From Bdellovibrionales bacterium (GTDB lineage Bacteria > Bdellovibrionota > UBA1018 > CAIMNF01): a stretch of DNA of 53,859 nucleotides. This document shows, in pieces, positions 47,300-53,859 of the stretch; position 1 is the stretch's first letter, and each line of letters begins with the position of its first letter. Where the stretch lies: positions 1-53,859 of the forward strand of contig JBEIJY010000015.1 in the NCBI GenBank assembly GCA_040380025.1. Direction: 5' to 3'. The position numbers and the translations under genes are program-made. The notes under the pieces are model-generated. The model searched no databases and was not told the DNA's origin. It was given only the letters and a program-made list of their open reading frames with translations.

Positions 47300-48085
47300 T
47301 CATTTTTTCTGTGCGGACTTCAGACGCATGGCGAGCACCCCGTAGGCCCCCGCAAACACCAAAATCGAGATGAACTGACTCGTCGACAGCACCCCGTCGA
47401 TCACGAATCCCCGAAGCGAGTCGCCCCGAAAAATCTCGATCACGCTTCGAATGAGCGGGTAGGTCATGAAGTACGTCAGCCCGACCTGGCCCTGCATTTT
47501 GCGGTGCCGGAATACCCAAAGAAGCCCGAAGTACAAAACCAAAAGGGCGCAGAACTCATACAGCTGAGTCGGATGGAGCGGAATCCCCCGAAGCGACTCC
47601 TCGACAAGCTCGGACGAAAGCGGCACGCCCCACGGAAGCCCCGTCGGCCTGCCGTAACAACAGCCCGCCGCCAGACACCCGAGCCGCCCGAAGGCATGCG
47701 CGATCACCAGCCCGGGCGAGAGCACGTCGATCATCTGCCACGGGTTCAGCCGGTGCTTTTTGAAATGCCAGAACGCGTAGGCGGTCGAAAGAATCAGCCC
47801 GCCGAAAAAGACAAGCCCACCCTCCCACACCCTGAAGATGTCGCCCGGATGTTCCAAAAAATACGGCAGACGGGTCAACACGAACAGAATCCGCGAACCC
47901 ACGAACCCGTACACCAACAGCCAGAAGGCCAGATCGGCCGTCTGGTCGGGGTTGATGTTGCTTTTTACCGAGAGCCTCCGCACGGTGGCGATCCCGAGCA
48001 AAAAGCCGATCGCGATCATGAGCCCGTACGAATGAAAAGGAATCGAAAGACTTCCGAGATGAAGCTCAAACAGGAGTGGGTGCAT
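47300..48085 (-). CDS. lgt: Prolipoprotein diacylglyceryl transferase
   Basis: SYG, WEGGLVFFGG, GRLGC..AGCCYG and HPTQLYE motifs. Confidence 0.96.
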   Translation of the reverse strand: MHPLLFELHLGSLSIPFHSYGLMIAIGFLLGIATVRRLSVKSNINPDQTADLAFWLLVYGFVGSRILFVLTRLPYFLEHPGDIFRVWEGGLVFFGGLILSTAYAFWHFKKHRLNPWQMIDVLSPGLVIAHAFGRLGCLAAGCCYGRPTGLPWGVPLSSELVEESLRGIPLHPTQLYEFCALLVLYFGLLWVFRHRKMQGQVGLTYFMTYPLIRSVIEIFRGDSLRGFVIDGVLSTSQFISILVFAGAYGVLAMRLKSAQKK

Positions 48086-48566
48086 TCAGCTCCCGGTTCG
48101 TGAAGGTCGAAAGAAGCAGAATTCCAACCCCCACGCAAATCGCCGAATCGGCCACATTGAAGGCAGGAAAGTACCAATCCGTGCGGTAGTGAAAATCCAA
48201 GAAATCGACCACATAGCCAAGGCGGATCCGGTCGATGAGGTTGCCGATCGCTCCACCCGAGACCAAGCCCAGCGCAAGAGCGCGCCAGCGAGCCTTCGGG
48301 GGCAGATCGCGATACAGAAGGCTCAAAAACACCATGGCGAAGATCGGAACAAGAAGAAAAAACGGAACCCGAAAGGCCGGGTTCGCCGTCGCCAGAAGCC
48401 CGAAGGCGGCGCCGGTGTTCCGGACATACGTAAAGCTGAAAAAATCGCGGATGATCACGATCGTCTCGCCCGGCACTTCAAAGCGGGCCAGGACTAAAAG
48501 CTTCGTCCACTGATCGAGAACCAAAATGACAAAAATGCTCAAAAAGAAGAAGAGCGCTTTTACCAC
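48066..48566 (-). CDS. lspA: Lipoprotein signal peptidase
   Basis: DQWTK, NTGAAFG, GAIGNLIDR, VVDF and FNVAD motifs. Confidence 0.96.
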   Translation of the reverse strand: MVKALFFFLSIFVILVLDQWTKLLVLARFEVPGETIVIIRDFFSFTYVRNTGAAFGLLATANPAFRVPFFLLVPIFAMVFLSLLYRDLPPKARWRALALGLVSGGAIGNLIDRIRLGYVVDFLDFHYRTDWYFPAFNVADSAICVGVGILLLSTFTNRELNAPTPV

Positions 48567-49132
48567 GAAGATCCCCAGAGCGTGATCCCGGTATCGAGAT
48601 GGCGGGACAGCTCTTTGTTCTTCGCGTCGACCGCCGAGAACTCATCGGGGGTCATCACCATCGGCTCGAGCTTCTTGCCGAGCGGGTGGCGCGAGGTGAT
48701 CTTTTTGATCTCGTCCGGGGTCTCCGAGACCACAAGCAGATTGTAGTTGCTGTCCGAGCGGGAGCGGCCCGAAGCACGGCTTCCGAACAGGACTCCGCGG
48801 GTCGACATCGGCTCGATCATTTGCTTCAGGCCTTCGAGATCCGAGATCGCGCAAAAGGCCTTCAAGAGTTGAATCGCGGGGTGGTCGTTCTGAAGACAGA
48901 CCTCACGGTTGTTGTTCAAGAAGATCACCAGGCCCAATTCCTGGAGCGTCTTTAAAATGCGGGTGATGCCCTCGACTCCACCTAAACCGCGAACTCCTTT
49001 TAACTTCGACGAGAGCACCCGCGGGGTGAACGCCGTCGTTGGCTCCGTCATCAGAAACCGAAGAAGCTTCTGCTCTGGAGTGACAAAACAAATACTGTCC
49101 AAAGTGATCTGAGGTTTCGTAGTCCGTGCCAT
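48560..49132 (-). CDS. wHTH plus degenerate minimal nucleotidyltransferase (MNT)-fold protein
   Basis: N-terminal wHTH-like segment, then VLFGSRASG...SDSNYNLLVV where DxD is replaced by NxN. Confidence 0.75.
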   Translation of the reverse strand: MARTTKPQITLDSICFVTPEQKLLRFLMTEPTTAFTPRVLSSKLKGVRGLGGVEGITRILKTLQELGLVIFLNNNREVCLQNDHPAIQLLKAFCAISDLEGLKQMIEPMSTRGVLFGSRASGRSRSDSNYNLLVVSETPDEIKKITSRHPLGKKLEPMVMTPDEFSAVDAKNKELSRHLDTGITLWGSSW

Positions 49133-49370
49133 AGAAGCAAAGACCTTACCCGATAATCGGCAAAAACTCAAAAACTAGCCCCTGAATTGCGCCCGTGCAC
49201 CCTGAATGTGCGTCTTCGCGCGGCGGGTTGCCGCTTTTGGTAAAAAAGAAGCGGTGACGTTCTGACACCTCCTGATCAATTCAAGGGGTTGAATAATTCC
49301 GACGCGCGCCGTTTCTTCATGATTTCAATATCTTACAATAAAATCCGCCCTCTGCGCTAGCTTGGGCGCG

Positions 49371-49387
49371 TTGGCACGGGACTCGCA
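49371..49387 (+). promoter_or_regulatory. Sigma54 (-24/-12) promoter of dksA-1
   Basis: TTGGCAC-N5-TCGCA, with IHF-like AT-rich sites upstream (ATTCAAGGGGTTG ~49270 and TTTCAATATCTTA ~49323). Confidence 0.7.
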
Positions 49388-49478
49388 CTAGGTATGGGTG
49401 TGAGGCGGCCACGATGGCGGCACCACTCTAAAGATCCCCACGGAGCCGGGAAAACCTCAACAATCAGGAGTGAGAGCC

Positions 49479-49892
49479 ATGATGAATCAGGAACTGGTAA
49501 TGAAATTCAAAAAACTGTTCGAGGACCAGAGGTCGGCACTTCTCTACTCCTACAAGCTCGTGAACGAGGACTTCACCATCAAGAGCGAAGACCTCTCGGA
49601 CGAAGTCGACCTGAGCTGTGCCGAGCTCGAGCAGAACATGAAGATGCGTCTGCGGAGCCGCGAGGCGCTCTTCCTGAAAAAAATCGACGAAGCCTTATTC
49701 AAGATTCAAGCGGGAACCTTCGGTGTCTGCGAGTGTTGCGAGCAAGAGATCGAACTGAACCGTCTTGAAGTCCGTCCGACCGCGAACCTGTGCCTGGGCT
49801 GCAAAGAGGAACAGGAAATGCGGGAAACCCGCTCCGCCGACGGACGGAAATCCAAAAGCAACGGCATGAAGACGAACCTTCAGATCGCCTGA
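49479..49892 (+). CDS. dksA: DksA/TraR family protein 1
   Basis: Coiled-coil tip DEVDLS, C4 Zn finger CECC...RPTANLCLGC, SD AGGAG. Confidence 0.9.
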   Translation: MMNQELVMKFKKLFEDQRSALLYSYKLVNEDFTIKSEDLSDEVDLSCAELEQNMKMRLRSREALFLKKIDEALFKIQAGTFGVCECCEQEIELNRLEVRPTANLCLGCKEEQEMRETRSADGRKSKSNGMKTNLQIA

Positions 49893-49929
49893 TGCTCTCT
49901 GGCCACTCTGCCAAAAAACTCAAGACCAA

Positions 49930-50092
49930 ACCCGCTTCAGGATGAGGCGGGTCAATACCGGAATCTCACGGACGAGACGCCCGGTCGCTCAAACGGATTT
50001 GAGCGCATGACCTGAGTTACGGACCGGATGGTCCGGCAAGATGGAATGAAGAACCCCTGGTTCTCATGGATGAGAACCGGGGGTTCTTCATT
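49930..50092 (+). ncRNA. Putative CsrB/RsmY-like GGA-hairpin array (3' UTR or sRNA)
   Basis: Five stem-loops each present GGA in the loop, with three further GGA motifs between or within them (see findings). Confidence 0.65.
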
Positions 50093-50099
50093 TCGAAAC

Positions 50100-50483
50100 C
50101 TAGTGTGCGAGCTGAACCCGTTGACCGGGAATCACGAATCCCATCAGCTTCTCTTCTTCTTCTTTGCAAGAAATGCAGAGAGTCGCCGTCGGGCGCGCAT
50201 GAAGCCTGCGGAGCTCGATGAACTCGTCGCAAGAATCGCAACGGCCGTAGGTGCCGTCCTCGATTCGCTTCAGTGCTTCGTTGATTTTTTTGAGCGTGAA
50301 GATCTCACGGTTCTTGAGCTGCATCCGCATGCTCTGTTCGATGTCGGCGTTCGCCTGATCGACCTCGTCCTTGTCTTCCGGACGCTTCGCGATCTCGACG
50401 CTCCCCGCTCCAACGTTGGTCAGGATCTGGTTTCGCTGTTCGGTAAAGATTCGCTTGAATCTTTCCAGTTCTGTCTTTCGCAT
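50100..50483 (-). CDS. dksA: DksA/TraR family protein 2
   Basis: DEVDQA tip, CDSC...RPTATLCISC Zn finger, SD GGGGAG. Confidence 0.9.
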   Translation of the reverse strand: MRKTELERFKRIFTEQRNQILTNVGAGSVEIAKRPEDKDEVDQANADIEQSMRMQLKNREIFTLKKINEALKRIEDGTYGRCDSCDEFIELRRLHARPTATLCISCKEEEEKLMGFVIPGQRVQLAH

Positions 50484-50535
50484 GGACTCCCCAATCTCAA
50501 ACCCCCGGGTGTTATACTGCGTTGTAAAACTAAAT

Positions 50536-51132
50536 TTAGGGATTTGCCCTCAACCCTCTTAATGCATCCATGACCATTTGGCTAATACTTTCTAACGTCT
50601 CCATCACACCCTCTCCGCGGTTCGCAACCGCCTCGAAGTACGGACGCTTGGTCAGATTGAAGGTTTTTTCGAGCTCTTCGATCGATGCCGCATTTGGCAA
50701 GTCGCGCTTGTTGTACTGGAACACGATCGGTATACGCGCCAAATCATATCCTTGGCGAACCAGGGCCTGCTGAAAGTGGTCCCAGGCCTCGAGGTTCGAA
50801 TCCATCCGCTCGGGAGCGGAATCGACGACAAAAACAACTCCGTCGACGCCTTTTAGAATAAAATCCCGCGAAGCCTCGTAAAAGGTCTGGCCGGGAATCG
50901 TGTACAAGTGGAAGCGCGTTTTGTAGCCGCGAACCTCACCCACGCTCAAGGGAAGAAAATCAAAGAACAGGGTCCGTTCGTTCTCGGTGCTCAGACTGAC
51001 GAGCTTTCCCGAGCGATCGGTCTGGGTGTTTTCGTACACATACTGCACGTTCGTGGTTTTTCCCGAAAGCCCGGTTCCCACGTATACGATTTTGCAATTC
51101 ACCTCTTTCGAAACCGAATTGACAAAGCTCAT
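50536..51132 (-). CDS. mglA: MglA family small Ras-like GTPase
   Basis: NCKIVYVGTGLSGKTTN, ERTLFFDFLPL, FHLYTIPGQ and QYNKRD motifs. Confidence 0.95.
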   Translation of the reverse strand: MSFVNSVSKEVNCKIVYVGTGLSGKTTNVQYVYENTQTDRSGKLVSLSTENERTLFFDFLPLSVGEVRGYKTRFHLYTIPGQTFYEASRDFILKGVDGVVFVVDSAPERMDSNLEAWDHFQQALVRQGYDLARIPIVFQYNKRDLPNAASIEELEKTFNLTKRPYFEAVANRGEGVMETLESISQMVMDALRGLRANP

Positions 51133-51737
51133 CTGCCGTTATCCGTCCTGTGCATTTCCGTTCTGTTCTCGAGCGCCCGGCCCAGGGTCTGGCGATCGGT
51201 GAACTCGATCGTCCCCCCCACGGGAATTCCATAAGCGACTTGAGAAACCTTAACCCCGATCGGTCTTAAGAGTCGAGAAAGATAAAGCGTCGTGGCCTCG
51301 CCCTCGACCGAGGGATTCAGCGCAAAGATCAGCTCGGCCACATCGTGGGCCTTGAGCCGCACGAACAGCTCCTTCATGCGCAAATTCTCGGGTCCGATTC
51401 CGTCGAGGGGCGACAAAAGCCCGTGAAGCACGTGATACACCCCGCGATACGAGCCCGTGCGCTCGATCGGCACCACGTCTCCCGGGCGCTCGACGATGCA
51501 AATCAGGCCTTGGTCCCGTTTCGGGTCCGAGCAGATCTCACAGCGCTCTTGCTCCGAGAAATTAAAGCATTCCGCACAGGTTCGAAGCTTTTTCTTCGCG
51601 TCCCGGATGGCCTGGGCCAGGCTCTCGGAGTACTCCTCGTCTTGGTTCAGAATGTGATACGCGAGGCGGGTTGCGCTTTTTTCGCCGATTCCGGGGAGCT
51701 TCGAAAGCTCAAAGATCAACTTCGAAAGAGGATTCAT
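51129..51737 (-). CDS. recR: Recombination mediator RecR
   Basis: LPGIGEKSA.R, a C4 Zn finger, YHVLHG and EGEATT motifs. Confidence 0.97.
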   Translation of the reverse strand: MNPLSKLIFELSKLPGIGEKSATRLAYHILNQDEEYSESLAQAIRDAKKKLRTCAECFNFSEQERCEICSDPKRDQGLICIVERPGDVVPIERTGSYRGVYHVLHGLLSPLDGIGPENLRMKELFVRLKAHDVAELIFALNPSVEGEATTLYLSRLLRPIGVKVSQVAYGIPVGGTIEFTDRQTLGRALENRTEMHRTDNGR

Positions 51738-53521
51738 GCGCCCTGCCCTGTCATGCGGATTTCGACCAAATCAGCCCCGAACAACGAGCGGGCCTCTTGC
51801 ACGATCTCGTGGCCCAGAATCGATCGCATCTTGGCCTCGCGTCCCTCGCGGTGGAGTCTCGCGTTCCGTTCGGCCACGCTTTCTTCGTTCCGGCTCGAGA
51901 CAAAGCTCTCGGGAATCGCTCGGAATCCGAAGTAACCCTCGGTGAGCTGAGCGAACTGATCGCGCGTCGCCTTCATGTTGACCTGCTCGCTCTTTGCCCG
52001 GTCGGACTCGCGAAAGCCGATCCGGAAGCGATCGGCAGGAGTCTTCGGAAGCTCCCACTCCACGACCGACTCGAGCAAAATCGCCAGAACCGGCTTGGTC
52101 CGGGAGCAAAGCTCAAGCAAGCCCTCCCAGCTCGCCCCTTGTGCGAGAGCGCGAGGGGCTTCGGTCTTCGGGGGAAGGGCTGGGGAGGGATCTCTTTTTT
52201 CGGAGCGGAACGAGAACCCGAGCCCTGCCTCGGGGGGCGGGGCGGGATGGACGGGGGCGGGATTCGCGGCGCTGGCATTCGCAGTGCCAGCGCTCGCTGC
52301 GGCCGACACCTTCGAGAACATCTCGGCAAGTGCGGGATCGCGGCGAGAGCCCGAGGAGGGCCCGCCGCCTTGCGGGGGTCTGCTCGGATCGGCCGGCCTG
52401 TTCGGGTCAACAGGCACGATGGCATCGGCGAGGGTGGTCTTCACGATCAGAAGATCAAAAATCAGCTTCGGTTGGGCCGCTCGTGCCACCAAGTCCAAGC
52501 CATGATGAAACACCTGAAAAATCAGCTCGTTTTCTTCGATCTGTCGATCGGGCAAAAGCCCCCGGAGCTGTTCGAGCTCGTCCGGGGTGAACTGCGTCTC
52601 GGGGCGCTCGATCCCCGCCTGCATCAAAATGAGCGCGTGGGTCATCTCGATCAGGGATTTCAAAAGGAGCTTCAGGTCGACCCCTTGGTGGAACGCGTCT
52701 TGTGCAATGCCGAGCGCGGTCTTGGCGTCCCTCTTTACGATTCCGCGCAACAGCTGGAACACGAGCTCGGTGCCAATCAGGCCGATGCTCTCGCGAACCG
52801 CCGTGGTCGTGATGTGCGCTCCCGAGAACGAAATGACCTGATCCAAGATCGACAAGGCATCGCGCATCGACCCCTCGGCCGAGCGGGCGATGAGCCCGAG
52901 CGCCGCCTCTTCGGCCTCGATTTGCTCGGCCGAGAGCACCTCTTTTAACCGCCCGGTGATCTGGGCGACCGTGACGCGCTTAAAGTCGAACCGCTGACAG
53001 CGGCCGAGAATCGTCTCGGGGATTTTATGGGGCTCGGTGGTCGCAAAAATGAAGACCACATGGGGAGGCGGCTCCTCCAGCGTCTTTAGCAGTGCGTTAA
53101 ACGCCTGGGTCGTGAGCATGTGGACCTCGTCCACGATGAAAATCCGGTACTGCCCGCTCGACGGCAGGAACTTGGCACTCTCGCGGATCTCGCGAATGTT
53201 GTCGACCCCGTTGTTCGAGGCGCCGTCGATCTCGAGCACATCGACGCTCGTTCCGGCCGCGATCTCGATGCAGTCGGAGCACTGGTCGCACGAGTGCAAA
53301 ATGCCGTCGCGAAGCTCGACACGGGGACATCGAAGGGCTTTCGAAAAAATCCGTGCAATCGAGGTCTTACCGATGCCCCGCGACCCCGAAAACACATACG
53401 CCTGATGGGTGCGGTTCATTTGAATCGCATTCACCAGAGTCCGGACCACGGCCTGTTGTCCGACCATGTCGGAGAACTGTTTTGGACGGTACTTGCGCGC
53501 TAAAACCAAGTAAGAACTCAC
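51734..53521 (-). CDS. dnaX: DNA polymerase III subunit gamma/tau
   Basis: LARKYRP, GSRGIGKTS, EIDGASN, DEVHML and LLKTLEEPP motifs. Confidence 0.97.
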   Translation of the reverse strand: MSSYLVLARKYRPKQFSDMVGQQAVVRTLVNAIQMNRTHQAYVFSGSRGIGKTSIARIFSKALRCPRVELRDGILHSCDQCSDCIEIAAGTSVDVLEIDGASNNGVDNIREIRESAKFLPSSGQYRIFIVDEVHMLTTQAFNALLKTLEEPPPHVVFIFATTEPHKIPETILGRCQRFDFKRVTVAQITGRLKEVLSAEQIEAEEAALGLIARSAEGSMRDALSILDQVISFSGAHITTTAVRESIGLIGTELVFQLLRGIVKRDAKTALGIAQDAFHQGVDLKLLLKSLIEMTHALILMQAGIERPETQFTPDELEQLRGLLPDRQIEENELIFQVFHHGLDLVARAAQPKLIFDLLIVKTTLADAIVPVDPNRPADPSRPPQGGGPSSGSRRDPALAEMFSKVSAAASAGTANASAANPAPVHPAPPPEAGLGFSFRSEKRDPSPALPPKTEAPRALAQGASWEGLLELCSRTKPVLAILLESVVEWELPKTPADRFRIGFRESDRAKSEQVNMKATRDQFAQLTEGYFGFRAIPESFVSSRNEESVAERNARLHREGREAKMRSILGHEIVQEARSLFGADLVEIRMTGQGA

Positions 53522-53639
53522 AAAATCCCTCGAATTGGCTGAGCCTGAACCCTAGCCCATCCGGAGGGCAAATTCAATTCAAACCGCCCCCCGTGGCGGG
53601 GCTTCATCATCCCCGCTCGAGTGCGGATGTGTCCGATAT

Positions 53640-53720
53640 AAAAAGTGTTTTGGCCTCCGAGCCGAATCCTCCGGCCTCGCTTTCGCCATCCTGGCTCGCG
53701 AGAGTCGGCAAACCCTTTTT
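53640..53720. repeat. Dispersed structured repeat, copy 2
   Basis: Shares CGGCCTCGCTTTCGC and GCTCGCGAGAGTCGGCAAA exactly with the 26273-26315 core. Terminal IR is imperfect. Confidence 0.75.
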
Positions 53721-53772
53721 GTTTTCCAAGCCCTTTCCTGAAACGCAGTACTGGACCAAGAACAATCAAGGG

Positions 53773-53859
53773 ATGCAATTCAGTCTCGGCCAGATCTTAA
53801 AAATGGAACTCGCGGATGCGGTAAATCCCCTGGCCCGTGGGGGCGGGATGATCACTGCT
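53773..53859 (+). CDS. 5' end of an unknown gene running off the window
   Basis: AAGGG then ATG, with open frame MQFSLGQILKMELADAVNPLARGGGMITA to the edge. Confidence 0.4.
   Translation, partial: MQFSLGQILKMELADAVNPLARGGGMITA

Noticed and set aside
49398..49478. c-di-GMP riboswitch in the dksA-1 leader
   Set aside because: The leader is structured but lacks the GEMM consensus (GGCAAAC...GAAA...GACGCAAAG).
49930..50092. Hairpin series as a CRISPR array or plain terminator cluster
   Set aside because: There are no identical direct repeats with spacers and no cas genes. Only the last hairpin resembles a terminator, and the shared feature is the GGA loop.
53522..53770. SRP RNA (ffs) or tRNA often found upstream of dnaX
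   Set aside because: No SRP domain IV motif (CAGG...GGAA...AGCAG) or tRNA cloverleaf was seen on either strand.

Overview
GC-rich, gene-dense chromosomal segment, most consistent with a Bdellovibrionota-type bacterium (inference from three short tandem flagellins, a RomR-like regulator, mglA without mglB after recR, two DksA paralogs, and GYF_2, PilZ and CFI-box proteins). Most genes are housekeeping (hutG partial, tkt, rnr, ubiB-like, pyrD, rph-nadC, folE, birA, lptG-def-fmt-rpe-hutH, lepB, galU-priA, a BtuCDF-like ABC importer, lspA-lgt, dnaX-recR-mglA). There is also a 6S RNA and a ~1 kb AT-rich toxin-antitoxin patch. No CRISPR array, tRNA, rRNA, transposase or integrase was seen. The most notable unannotated signal is RNA-level. 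A ~165-nt array of GGA-loop hairpins (CsrB/RsmY-like sponge) follows a dksA paralog with a sigma54-like promoter, and matching GGA-loop hairpins occur in flagellin and other leaders and in a two-copy dispersed repeat. Other highlights are a 24-aa poly-lysine microprotein with its own promoter, SD and terminator, a 58-aa standalone FliF-C-terminus-like peptide, two apparent pseudoenzymes, and frequent leaderless-type gene starts. All family assignments were made by eye from motifs, with no database searches.
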